From: Phycisphaerales bacterium
GTDB taxonomy: Bacteria; Planctomycetota; Phycisphaerae; Phycisphaerales; UBA1924
Length of the DNA: 64,000 nt
Reading direction: 5' to 3'
Assembly (NCBI GenBank): GCA_030149165.1
Contig: JASBRY010000007.1
Span: 31,433 to 95,432, forward strand
Below, one piece after another: positions 20,880 through 30,631 of the stretch. Positions within the stretch are counted from its first letter, which is position 1. The number at the start of each line of letters is the position of its first letter. The notes below the pieces were generated by a model. That model made no database searches. It was not told where the DNA came from and saw only the letters and a program-made list of their open reading frames with translations. The translations under genes and the position numbers were made by a program.

Positions 20880-21914
20880 ATGTCCACGACGAATCCAGTC
20901 TACATTATCACCGGCGGAGCGGGATTCATCGGCTCCAATCTCGTCGCTCGTCTCCAACGCGACGAACCCGATGCTCGCCTCTATGTGGTCGATGATTTCT
21001 CGACCGGTTCGTACGCCAACATCGTCGAAGCGTGCGAGCGCCATAACGCCGGACCATTCCGCGGCACGATCATGCCTGACTCGATCACCGATCTGAACTG
21101 GCAACCCGCGATCATGGGACTCGCCCCCAAAGCCGTCTTTCATCTTGCGGCGATCACCGACACGCTCGAGTTTGATGAGAAGAAGATGATCTCCGTCAAC
21201 ACGGAACCTTTCATCGACATCCTCGACGCGTGCATCGAATCTGAGATCCCGCTCGTGTACGCATCCTCCGGCGCAACCTACGGCACACCTCCGCAAGCTC
21301 GTGAAGAAGTCCCGTTCCCGACCGATGCCGCCGGGAATCCATCGAATGTGTATGGATTCTCCAAATGGCTCATGGATGTCGAAACCAACCGAGCAATCGA
21401 GCAATCCATGATCGAATCGGGCGAGAAGCCTCAAGTGGTCGGACTCCGATACTTCAATGTCTTCGGTCCAGGAGAATCACGCAAAGGCAAGATGGCCTCG
21501 ATGATCTACCACCTGACCAACCAGATGCTCGCGGGACAGAACCCAAGAATCTTCGAGCACGGGCAGCACCAACGCGATCAGATCCATGTCGATGATGTGG
21601 TCTCCTGCACACTCGCTGCCGCGAATCAGTCCGCACAACCTGGGATTTACAATCTCGGGACCGGAACAACAACGACCTTCAACGACATCGTCTCAGCGAT
21701 CAACCAAGCGCTCGGACGCTCGATGGATCCGGAGTACATCCCGATGCCTGAAGAGATGGTCTCGTCGTACCAGCATTACACCTGCGCGGACATGAGCGAA
21801 ACGAAGGAGGGGCTCAACTGGTCCCCAACGCTCGATACCGCTCAAGCAATACGCAAATACGCTTCAGAACTCGCAGAAAACCACCAGAATCAACACAGCA
21901 CGGTGACTCAATGA
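20880..21914 (+). CDS. hldD: ADP-L-glycero-D-manno-heptose 6-epimerase-like SDR
   Basis: [49 protein letters not shown] and [10 protein letters not shown] parallel E. coli HldD as I recall it. Confidence 0.8.
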   Translation: MSTTNPVYIITGGAGFIGSNLVARLQRDEPDARLYVVDDFSTGSYANIVEACERHNAGPFRGTIMPDSITDLNWQPAIMGLAPKAVFHLAAITDTLEFDEKKMISVNTEPFIDILDACIESEIPLVYASSGATYGTPPQAREEVPFPTDAAGNPSNVYGFSKWLMDVETNRAIEQSMIESGEKPQVVGLRYFNVFGPGESRKGKMASMIYHLTNQMLAGQNPRIFEHGQHQRDQIHVDDVVSCTLAAANQSAQPGIYNLGTGTTTTFNDIVSAINQALGRSMDPEYIPMPEEMVSSYQHYTCADMSETKEGLNWSPTLDTAQAIRKYASELAENHQNQHSTVTQ

Positions 21915-22942
21915 CCGATACGACCATTCAGGAAGTCAAGCCACGGAGAACCCGATCCATGCCAATGAAACGCGTGCTCGTCACAGGCGGTGCTGGATTC
22001 TTGGGATCCTACTTGTGCGAAAAACTCATCGCGCAGGGTCATGATGTCATCTGCTTGGACAACTTCTTCACCTCTCAGAAATCCAATGTCCTCCATCTGC
22101 TCGACCACAACAACTTCGAGTTGATCCGTCACGACATCACCCATCCGATCTGGCTCGAGGTTGACGAGATCTACAACCTCGCGTGTCCCGCTGCGCCTGG
22201 TCACTACCAGTACAACCCTATCAAAACCATGAAGACCTCGGTCATGGGCGCGATCATCACCTGCGGCATGGCCAAACGCTGCAACGCGAAAATCCTCCAA
22301 GCATCGACCTCCGAGATCTATGGCGACCCCATCGTCCATCCACAACCTGAGTCCTATCGCGGGAATGTCAATACCCTCGGACCACGCGCGTGCTACGACG
22401 AAGGAAAGCGAGCCGCGGAAACACTGTTCATGGATTACCACCGCCGTCATGGACTCGACATCCGCATCGCGCGCATCTTCAACACCTACGGCCCTCGCAT
22501 GCACCCATTCGATGGACGCGTGATCTCCAACTTCATCCTCCAAGCGCTCATGGATCAAGACATCACTATTTTCGGTGACGGCTCCCAGACTCGTTCATTC
22601 TGCTATCGCGACGATCTCGTCGAGGGATTGATGCGTCTGATGAACACCACAGGCGATGACATCCACATGCCGGTCAACCTCGGCAACGAGGGTGAGTTCA
22701 CAATCAAGCAACTCGCTGAGATGACGATCGAGATGACAGGATCCAAGTCCAACATCGTGTATCGCGACCTCCCTGAGGACGATCCGATGCAGCGCAAGCC
22801 GGACACCACGCGTGCGAAGAAGCTGCTCGACTGGACACCAAAGATTCAGTTCGAAGAGGGGCTCGCTCGCACGATTGAGTATTTCCGTACTGTGGATCTG
22901 GATGAATACCGCGAGCCGACCCCCAATCACGTGATTGCTTGA
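21911..22942 (+). CDS. UDP-glucuronate decarboxylase (UDP-xylose synthase family SDR)
   Basis: [33 protein letters not shown] and [10 protein letters not shown] are present. There is an ATGA overlap with the preceding gene. Confidence 0.88.
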   Translation: MTDTTIQEVKPRRTRSMPMKRVLVTGGAGFLGSYLCEKLIAQGHDVICLDNFFTSQKSNVLHLLDHNNFELIRHDITHPIWLEVDEIYNLACPAAPGHYQYNPIKTMKTSVMGAIITCGMAKRCNAKILQASTSEIYGDPIVHPQPESYRGNVNTLGPRACYDEGKRAAETLFMDYHRRHGLDIRIARIFNTYGPRMHPFDGRVISNFILQALMDQDITIFGDGSQTRSFCYRDDLVEGLMRLMNTTGDDIHMPVNLGNEGEFTIKQLAEMTIEMTGSKSNIVYRDLPEDDPMQRKPDTTRAKKLLDWTPKIQFEEGLARTIEYFRTVDLDEYREPTPNHVIA

Positions 22943-23008
22943 GTAACGCAGGTGCAGAAATGCACCGGATTGGTCCCCAACGCGGTCAAAATCCGATAGA
23001 TTTGTAGT

Positions 23009-23704
23009 ATGCAAATCTCACGCTTCCCCAACGAGCCGTGTTTATTGATCACCGACGCCGGACTTGGTTCGCTCGTCCTCTCCGCGATGGCCGCCGAGCA
23101 ACCCAACAAGGACGCGACGCGCCTATACCCGGCGTGGTGGACCTCACAGGATGACATGGACATCCGAATCCCAGCGATCGATCGAGCGATCGAGATGCAA
23201 GCGGATCTGCTGTCGCTCCAACTCATCCGCGATCGAGCGGGATATCCAGAAGAAGCCGGGCCTCGGTCCAATCCCGCGTCACTGGGAACGCATCAGACGA
23301 GGATGCTCCTCGATGCCACGACGCTCGCGATTGAACTGGGACTCAAACGAGTGATTTGGCCCATCCGTGCCGCGGAACCCAGCGATGAATCAGACGAAGT
23401 CGCAAACCTTGACACGATCGCGACAGCGATCGATCGTGCTCTGCTCGCCGCTCGCCTTGCGACACTCGATGCCCAAGAGCACGGCGGGGTTGAGGTCATC
23501 ATCGAAACCCCCATCGTGGATCTGACCAATCATGAGCTCTCCGACCTCGCGGCGGATCTCAATGTCCCGATCAACGCGTGCTGGTGGTCCGACACAACGC
23601 TTCCGGATGCCCAGGCCCACTTCAAATGCTGGAATCAGGAGCCGACGACCGCATCGATGCTCGAACATCGTCCGATGAACGGATCTCAAGCCGTCAATCG
23701 CTGA
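23009..23704 (+). CDS. QueC-like (adenine nucleotide alpha hydrolase fold) protein lacking the SGGxDS PP-loop
   Basis: By eye it aligns to QueC: LLITDAGLGSLVLSAM occupies the PP-loop position, and ETPIVDLTNHELSDLAADLNV resembles ETPLMxxxKAE. I see no C-terminal Cys cluster. Confidence 0.45.
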   Translation: MQISRFPNEPCLLITDAGLGSLVLSAMAAEQPNKDATRLYPAWWTSQDDMDIRIPAIDRAIEMQADLLSLQLIRDRAGYPEEAGPRSNPASLGTHQTRMLLDATTLAIELGLKRVIWPIRAAEPSDESDEVANLDTIATAIDRALLAARLATLDAQEHGGVEVIIETPIVDLTNHELSDLAADLNVPINACWWSDTTLPDAQAHFKCWNQEPTTASMLEHRPMNGSQAVNR

Positions 23705-23771
23705 TCGATTTCGATTCCATTCTCCAATCTCATCAAGTCATGCTTGGTGGTCTTGAATACACTCTTGGACC

Positions 23772-25553
23772 ATGTCCATGAACCGATCCCAAGCCGTCGT
23801 CCATCGCTGGTCTCAGACCCTGATTCCTACCACGCGCGAAGCTCCGTCTGACGCGCAGATGCCTTCGCACATCTTCATGACTCGTGCCGGATACATCCGT
23901 CCAGTCGGCGCTGGGATATACAACTACCTCCCGCTCGCATGGAGATCGCTCCAGAAGATCTCGCAGATCATCCGTGAAGAACTTGATGCTGCCGGTGCTT
24001 CAGAGATGCTGATGCCGGCGCTTATGCCAATCGAGCTCTACGAGGGAACCAAACGCGACCAAGACTACGGCGATCTGCTCTTTCAGCTCACCGATCGCCA
24101 TGGACGCAAGACCGCACTGGGACCGACGCATGAGGAGGTCATCACCGATCTCATGTGTGGTTGCCTGACGAGCTACAAGCAGTTCCCGCTCAATCTTTAT
24201 CAGATCCAGTCCAAGTTCCGCGACGAGTTCCGTCCGCGTGCGGGATTGCTGCGCTGCCGTGAGTTCATCATGAAGGATGCATACTCCTTCCACCTTGAAC
24301 TCGAAGGCGAAGCGGGTCTCAACGAAACCTACGACAAGATGTACCAAGCGTACACCAATATCTTCACGCGCTGTGGCTTGGACTTCTCCGCCGTCGAAGC
24401 CGAAGCCGGACCGATCGGTGGTTCAGCATCCCACGAGTTCATGGTCAACTGCGTCAACGGCGAGGACACGATCTTGGTCTGTCCAGAATCGGGATACGCC
24501 GCGAATGTCGAGAAAGCGGAGATCGGAGATCGTGCATTCTCGTGGGATCACGAAGCGACTGCTGAAGTCACCAAGCACCACACTCCAGGCATGCCCGGCA
24601 TCGAGTTGGTCGCAGAGCACCTCGGAACCAACGCCGCGGGAATGCTCAAGACGATCGTCATGCGGAGCGTCGAGGAGTCCCCACGCTGGGTCCTCGCGGT
24701 GGTGCGCGGAGACCACGAGGTCAACGAAGGCAAGGTGCGTGACGCCTTGGGTGTCGCTGTCGAGATGGCGGACGAGAAAGAAGCGAACGCCGCAGGATTC
24801 GCGATCGGATATGTCTCACCCAAGATGCTTGATTCCATCGATCTGACAATGGTCATCGATCCAGACGCACTCGGTAGTGGGAACTGGGCGACCGGAGCTG
24901 ATGAGAAAGATCACCACATTACCGGATTCAACTGGGCGCGTGATCTTCCGAGCGCGAAGTACAAAGCGATCATCGCGGACATCCGCAATGCACAAGCGGG
25001 CGATCCATCCCCAAGAGCCGCCGGCGCGAATCTTGAAGCGAAGCGTGGTATCGAAGTGGGGCACATCTTCAAGCTCGGCACCAAGTACTCCGCCGCGATG
25101 GGACTCAGTGTCCTCGACAAGAACCAGAAGAACCAGGATGTCATCATGGGATGCTACGGCATCGGAGTCTCGCGCACGCTCGCATCGTGCATCGAGTCGT
25201 CGCATGACGACAATGGGATCATCATGCCGATCTCCATCGCACCGTACCATGTTCACATCATCACGATCAAACCCAACGAAGAAGGTGTGCTCGATCACGC
25301 GTTCACACTCGCTGAAGAACTCCGTGAACTCGGGATTGATGTCCTCGTTGATGATCGCAACGAACGCCCAGGTCCGAAGTTCAAAGATGCAGACTTGGTC
25401 GGCATCCCGCTCCGCATCATCGTCTCTCCGAACTCGATCGAGGAAGGTCAAGTCGAGTTCAAGAAACGCACCGACGAAGGCAAAGCATTCCTCGTCGATC
25501 GTTTCAAGATCGTGGACATCTGTGTAGACGAAGTGAAGGGTTCACCCCAGTAG
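23772..25553 (+). CDS. proS: Prolyl-tRNA synthetase
   Basis: AGYIRPVGAGIYNYLPL, FRDEFRPRAGLLRCREFIMKDAYSF (class II motif 2) and GCYGIGVSR are present. Confidence 0.95.
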   Translation: MSMNRSQAVVHRWSQTLIPTTREAPSDAQMPSHIFMTRAGYIRPVGAGIYNYLPLAWRSLQKISQIIREELDAAGASEMLMPALMPIELYEGTKRDQDYGDLLFQLTDRHGRKTALGPTHEEVITDLMCGCLTSYKQFPLNLYQIQSKFRDEFRPRAGLLRCREFIMKDAYSFHLELEGEAGLNETYDKMYQAYTNIFTRCGLDFSAVEAEAGPIGGSASHEFMVNCVNGEDTILVCPESGYAANVEKAEIGDRAFSWDHEATAEVTKHHTPGMPGIELVAEHLGTNAAGMLKTIVMRSVEESPRWVLAVVRGDHEVNEGKVRDALGVAVEMADEKEANAAGFAIGYVSPKMLDSIDLTMVIDPDALGSGNWATGADEKDHHITGFNWARDLPSAKYKAIIADIRNAQAGDPSPRAAGANLEAKRGIEVGHIFKLGTKYSAAMGLSVLDKNQKNQDVIMGCYGIGVSRTLASCIESSHDDNGIIMPISIAPYHVHIITIKPNEEGVLDHAFTLAEELRELGIDVLVDDRNERPGPKFKDADLVGIPLRIIVSPNSIEEGQVEFKKRTDEGKAFLVDRFKIVDICVDEVKGSPQ

Positions 25554-25696
25554 ACCATCCGTCGAAATGATCCGTTTTTAGATGGATTTGGATCGATCGT
25601 CGCTTGACAGCATCACCAGATTCTGAGAGTATGGGGTTTCAGGCGACTCTCGTGCCGCCAGCTTATCGGTCTTTTTCGATCATACAGGAGATCACC

Positions 25697-28600
25697 ATGC
25701 GTCCATCGTTTCTGACGCCCCGCACGCTTTGCGGCGCGCTCGCCATCGCTACGCTTTCTGGGACGGCGCTCGCCGCCCCTCAATCTGCACCGGCTCAAAA
25801 TACTCATGTGCGATGGTCCAACGGCCTCGCGGACCGAGTTCAGGTGATGTCCAAGACACAATTGATAGATCAGCTTTCGGCGCTTGCTGCTCGCACCAAC
25901 GAATCCCGCGTGCTGGTTTCATTTTCATCTCCAATCACTCCTGATCAGCGTGCATTGCTCAAAGCACAGGGACTCACACTGCTGAGTTCACTCGGATCAA
26001 CCAACTACTTCGCTTCACTCGCCGCTGACGCGAACACGGCAACACTCAGCGATTCCACACTAATCAACATCTCATCCATCAAGCGTCACCACAAACTTCA
26101 TCAAGACCTGATCTCAGGCGTGATTCATCCTTGGGCCGTGTCAAGCCAGGGCGCTGTTGGGAAATCAGCACTCAAAGAACGCGCGAATCGTGAATCGCTC
26201 CTGCTCGAGGAGTACACGCGTGAGGGTGTCGATCCGACCATCGCGGTCATCGTCAAGTTTCACAAAGATGCGGATTACAAGACAGAGTCCGCCCGTCTTG
26301 CCCAACTGCTTGATGCTCGTGTGAACTCACATATCGATTCGGTCAACTCTGTAGTCTTCCATATGCCCGCCTCACAGATTGACGCGCTTGCTCAGGATGA
26401 CTCGGTCATGTGGGCCGAGCCGCCTCTGCCCGGACTGACCGAACTCAACGCGTCCAATCGTGCATTGACCAATGTCGATGAAGTGCAGACCGCACCATAC
26501 AACCTCGACGGCTCAGGCGTGACCGCGATGATCTACGACGGCGGTCGTATGGCCAATCACGCCGACATTGACGGTCGCATGACCGTCGGCGCTTCGGACA
26601 CTGCTGGGACTTCGGACCACGCGACCCATGTCGGCGGCACAGTCGGCGGCGACGGCACCGCTTCGAGCGGGAACAACCGAGGCATGGCCCCAGCGGTCGA
26701 ACTCATCTCGTACGGCTTCCAGCAAGAAGGGGGTCTGATGCAGGGCTTCCTCTACACCGATCCGGGTGACATCGAAGCAGATTACACCGAAGGCATCGGG
26801 ACCTATGGCGCCGACATTGTGAACAACTCCATCGGTACCAACACCGAGCCCAATGGATACCCCTGTGAATGGCAAGGGAACTACGGCATCACCTCCGAAC
26901 TCATCGACTCCATCGCTCGTGGATCGCTGGGCAATCCATTCCGGATTGTCTGGGCAAACGGTAACGAGCGACAAGGTTCACGCTGTGATGTTGAAGGGTT
27001 TGGAGATTTCTACTCAACCGCACCACCAGCTTGTGCCAAAAATCACATCGCTGTGGGGTCCGTCGATTCAGACACGGACAACACCAGTTCGTTTACCTCT
27101 TGGGGTCCAACTGATGACGGTCGAATCAAGCCGGACATCTCAGCTCCTGGTTGCCAAGCTGGTGGTGATGGTGGCGTGACCTCGCTTTCATCATTCGGAT
27201 TCTCAAGCTACGGCGTCAAGTGCGGTACTTCGATGGCGGCTCCAACAGTCACAGGTATCTCCGCGCTGGTCCTCCAGCAGTACCGTGCAACTTTCCCAGA
27301 TCGTGATGATCTGCGGAACTCCACGCTCAAGGCACTTCTTGCCAACACGGCAGTGGATCGCGGGAACACTGGTCCGGACTACCAATACGGCTACGGCTCC
27401 GTTCGCGCCGATGCCGCGATCGACACCGTCATCGCACAGAACATCATCGAAGCGGAAGTCGGACAAGGCGGAGTCTACCGATTCGTCGTTATCCATGATG
27501 GTGGGGACCTCAAAGTCACCATCGCATGGGACGACGCGCCAGGTGCTCCGAATGTTTCTCCAGCACTGGTCAACGATCTTGATCTCAAGATCATCGATAC
27601 CAACTCTAACGCGTTCATGCCTTGGACGCTCGATCCGAGCAATCCCGGCGCTCCTGCGATCCGCAGCGTGCGTGACGGACTCAACAACATCGAGCAGGTC
27701 CAGATCGATAACGCCCCAGCGGGCGCGTACACCGTCGAGGTTTCCGGATTCAACATCGCCGAAGGTCCAACGCAGACCTTTGGCGCTGTAGCAAGCGGCT
27801 TCCTTGTCAACTGCTCCTCCGCAGGCATCGTCTCGCTCGGTTCCTCGCTCGTGCAGTGTTCTGGAATCACCGGCGTCCAGGTCATTGACTGTGATCTGAA
27901 CACCTCGGATCTTGTCGTGGACACAGTGGATGTCATGATCTCATCGGATTCCGATGCCGGATTCATGCTCACATTGACTGAGACCGCACCTGAATCTGCG
28001 GCCTTCCTCGGATCGTTCAGCTTCGCCGATACCGCAGGTTCTGACTTGCTCGTCAGCGAAGGCGACACTGTCACCGCGAGCTACATCGACGCCGATGACG
28101 GAGAGGGCAACACCAATGTCCTCGTCGAATCGACGATGACGGTGGATTGCACCGCTCCGATGGTCCTCTCTGCTTCCGCGACCAATGTCGAAGCACGCAA
28201 CGCGACCCTCAACGCGAATCTGGATGAAGCCTCAAGCGTCACTTTCCGCTACGGCACCAGTATGGGATCGCTCAATGATTCCATCAGCGCCAATAGTTTC
28301 AGCACTTCGCAGAGCGTCAATGTCAGTGGACTCACCGATGAGACGACCTACTTCTTCGTCGTCGACGCGATGGACCCTGCTGGGAACATGAGCACCGATG
28401 ACAACGGCGGAGCCGGATACACATTCACCACTCCTGATGTCCCAGACTTCTTCACCGAAGAGTTTGATGGCGGTTTGGACCTCGAAGGTATGAAGCTCAC
28501 ATTCATCCCAGATGGAGGTCCAGAGGGGTACTCAGCGTACATCGAACCACTCGAAGGCGGCGTGCTGCCACACGAGCCGACTGATGGATCAGTTGTTCCG

Positions 28601-29215
28601 CTCTCCGATGATGATTCTGAGAACATCAGTATCACCGGCGGAAACAGCATCATGCTTTACGGCGAGTCGTACACCTCGATCTGGGTGGGATCCAATGGAT
28701 ACATCACTCTTGGTGGTTCCGATACGGATTACACCGAAGATCTCGACGACCACTTTGATACACCTCGTATCTCAGGTCTGTTCGATGACCTCAACCCATC
28801 CTCATCGGGGACTGTCTACCGTCAACAACTCGCTGACCGTATGGTAGTGAGCTACGACGCCGTGACCGAGTACTCGACTTTCAACAACAACACCTTCCAG
28901 ATCGAGCTCCACTTCGATGGCACCATCGTCATCTCGTGGGAGAACATCGATTCCGGAGATGCGATTGTCGGACTCTCTGCTGGGAATGGGCTGGACCAGG
29001 ACTTCATCATGTCCGACCTGTCCACCTATCCAGAGCCATCCACCCAGTGCCGCGCGGATATGAACGCTGACGGGGATCTCAACTTCCTTGATGTAAGTCT
29101 CTTCCTGCAACTGTTCGGAGAGTCGAACCGCAGCGCTGACTTCAACGACGATGGCGACATGAACTTCCTTGATGTCAGTCTGTTCCTTGCGCAGTTCGCG
29201 GCAGGCTGTCCATAA
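25697..29215 (+). CDS. Secreted S8 (subtilisin-like) serine peptidase with FN3-like domain and C-terminal dockerin-like module ending Gly-Cys-Pro
   Basis: An AGGAG RBS lies 6 nt before the ATG at 25697. The signal peptide is MRPSFLTPRTLCGALAIATLSGTALAAP. The catalytic triad contexts are MIYDGG, HATHVGGTVGG and GTSMAAPTVTG. The C-terminus is CRADMNADGDLNFLDVSLFL...DFNDDGDMNFLDVSLFLAQFAAGCP. Confidence 0.9.
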   Translation: MRPSFLTPRTLCGALAIATLSGTALAAPQSAPAQNTHVRWSNGLADRVQVMSKTQLIDQLSALAARTNESRVLVSFSSPITPDQRALLKAQGLTLLSSLGSTNYFASLAADANTATLSDSTLINISSIKRHHKLHQDLISGVIHPWAVSSQGAVGKSALKERANRESLLLEEYTREGVDPTIAVIVKFHKDADYKTESARLAQLLDARVNSHIDSVNSVVFHMPASQIDALAQDDSVMWAEPPLPGLTELNASNRALTNVDEVQTAPYNLDGSGVTAMIYDGGRMANHADIDGRMTVGASDTAGTSDHATHVGGTVGGDGTASSGNNRGMAPAVELISYGFQQEGGLMQGFLYTDPGDIEADYTEGIGTYGADIVNNSIGTNTEPNGYPCEWQGNYGITSELIDSIARGSLGNPFRIVWANGNERQGSRCDVEGFGDFYSTAPPACAKNHIAVGSVDSDTDNTSSFTSWGPTDDGRIKPDISAPGCQAGGDGGVTSLSSFGFSSYGVKCGTSMAAPTVTGISALVLQQYRATFPDRDDLRNSTLKALLANTAVDRGNTGPDYQYGYGSVRADAAIDTVIAQNIIEAEVGQGGVYRFVVIHDGGDLKVTIAWDDAPGAPNVSPALVNDLDLKIIDTNSNAFMPWTLDPSNPGAPAIRSVRDGLNNIEQVQIDNAPAGAYTVEVSGFNIAEGPTQTFGAVASGFLVNCSSAGIVSLGSSLVQCSGITGVQVIDCDLNTSDLVVDTVDVMISSDSDAGFMLTLTETAPESAAFLGSFSFADTAGSDLLVSEGDTVTASYIDADDGEGNTNVLVESTMTVDCTAPMVLSASATNVEARNATLNANLDEASSVTFRYGTSMGSLNDSISANSFSTSQSVNVSGLTDETTYFFVVDAMDPAGNMSTDDNGGAGYTFTTPDVPDFFTEEFDGGLDLEGMKLTFIPDGGPEGYSAYIEPLEGGVLPHEPTDGSVVPLSDDDSENISITGGNSIMLYGESYTSIWVGSNGYITLGGSDTDYTEDLDDHFDTPRISGLFDDLNPSSSGTVYRQQLADRMVVSYDAVTEYSTFNNNTFQIELHFDGTIVISWENIDSGDAIVGLSAGNGLDQDFIMSDLSTYPEPSTQCRADMNADGDLNFLDVSLFLQLFGESNRSADFNDDGDMNFLDVSLFLAQFAAGCP

Positions 29216-29240
29216 GCATCCTGACCTATCCGTCACACCG

Positions 29241-29270
29241 AGCCGGGAGTCATCAACTCCCGGCTTTTTT
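29241..29270 (+). terminator. Rho-independent terminator after the S8 protease gene
   Basis: An 8-bp stem (agccggga / tcccggct) with a 9-nt loop, followed by a T6 run. Confidence 0.7.
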
Positions 29271-29307
29271 GTGCCCCCACAGAATCAACAACCGCCTAAG
29301 ATCACCC

Positions 29308-30630
29308 ATGAGCAGAGATCCATCAAACAACCCTATCAATATCCTCCTCGTCGGGGCCGGAGGACGCGAGCACGCTCTCGCGCTTGCGATCTCCAAATCG
29401 CCGAAGCTCGGAACGCTCTACGCGACCGGGATGTCCAACCCCGGCATCGCCAAACTCGCACAACCAGTCGATGTCGAATACCAGAACGAAAAGTTCTACC
29501 GTCTCAACCAGTTCTGCGACAGCCAAAAGATTGACCTCGTTGTGATTGGGCCAGAAGACCCACTCGCCGAGGGTTGGTCGGACAAACTCGCTAAGAAATC
29601 CGACGGCTCATCTCGAATGATCTTTGGTCCCTCGCAACGCGGCGCGCAACTCGAAGCGGACAAGGCATACGCGAAACAGATCATGCGAGCCGCGTCGATC
29701 CCAACCGCGGAGGGTAAGGTCTTTAAGGACGCCGACCACGCCGATGAGTACATGAAGACCCGCGATGAGCCGTATGTTGTCAAAGCGACCGGCCTCGCGA
29801 AAGGCAAAGGCGTCATCGTCCCAAGCACGATGGATCAAGCGATCGATGCGATCGATCAGATCCTGCGCAAGAAAGCGTTTGGTGACGCCGGGAAAGAAAT
29901 CCTGATCGAGGAGAAACTCCAAGGCACGGAAGTCTCTGTCCTCGCGTTGCTCGATGGTCAGAACATTCTTGTGCTTCCGCCATGCCAGGATCACAAACGA
30001 TTGAAGAACAACGATGAGGGTCCGAACACCGGAGGCATGGGCGCGTTCTGCCCCTCTGGCACGCTCACTGATGAGCTTTCGCATCAGATCGAGTCTGAAA
30101 TCCTCGTTCCTACCGCTGATGCACTGCGTCGGGACGAGATTGATTTCAAAGGTGTGCTCTATGCAGGGATCATGCTCACCCCGGGCGGCCCGAAAGTGCT
30201 TGAGTTCAATGTGCGATTCGGAGATCCCGAGTGCCAGCCGTTGCTCACACTGCTTGAATCCGATGCGATCGATTTGCTCACAGCGACAGCATCTGGGAAA
30301 CTCGATGAGATCGATGTCCGTTTCTCATCCGATCACGCGGTCTGCATCGTGCTCGCTGCTGAGGGATACCCAGAAAATCCCCGTAAGGGTGATGTGATCA
30401 CGGGCGTTGATGACGCGGAGCAGATCCCAGGAGTGACCGTCTACCACGCTGGAACCAAGATGACCAAGGGCGACCTCTACACCAACGGCGGACGAGTATT
30501 AAGCGTCACCGCGACCGGCAAGACTCGCGAGCAAGCACGCGAAGCCGCATACAAAGCATGCGATCTGATCGAGTTCAAAGGGAAGCAACTCCGCACGGAC
30601 ATCGCTGCGAGCAATCCGGTCCACGCATAA
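29308..30630 (+). CDS. purD: Phosphoribosylamine-glycine ligase
   Basis: ILLVGAGGREHALA, the ATP-grasp region (VVKATGLAKGKGV) and EFNVRFGDPE are present. Confidence 0.95.
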   Translation: MSRDPSNNPINILLVGAGGREHALALAISKSPKLGTLYATGMSNPGIAKLAQPVDVEYQNEKFYRLNQFCDSQKIDLVVIGPEDPLAEGWSDKLAKKSDGSSRMIFGPSQRGAQLEADKAYAKQIMRAASIPTAEGKVFKDADHADEYMKTRDEPYVVKATGLAKGKGVIVPSTMDQAIDAIDQILRKKAFGDAGKEILIEEKLQGTEVSVLALLDGQNILVLPPCQDHKRLKNNDEGPNTGGMGAFCPSGTLTDELSHQIESEILVPTADALRRDEIDFKGVLYAGIMLTPGGPKVLEFNVRFGDPECQPLLTLLESDAIDLLTATASGKLDEIDVRFSSDHAVCIVLAAEGYPENPRKGDVITGVDDAEQIPGVTVYHAGTKMTKGDLYTNGGRVLSVTATGKTREQAREAAYKACDLIEFKGKQLRTDIAASNPVHA

Positions 30631-30631
30631 T

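Noticed and set aside
22951-22966. A GGTGCA-GAAA-TGCACC hairpin after the UDP-glucuronate decarboxylase gene.
   Set aside because: It is only 6 bp with no following U-tract, which is insufficient to call a terminator.
25604-25632. A possible sigma-70-like promoter, TTGACA-N17-GAGTAT, upstream of the S8 protease gene.
   Set aside because: The -10 hexamer matches poorly, and promoter consensus in this lineage is not established, so I do not report it as a feature.
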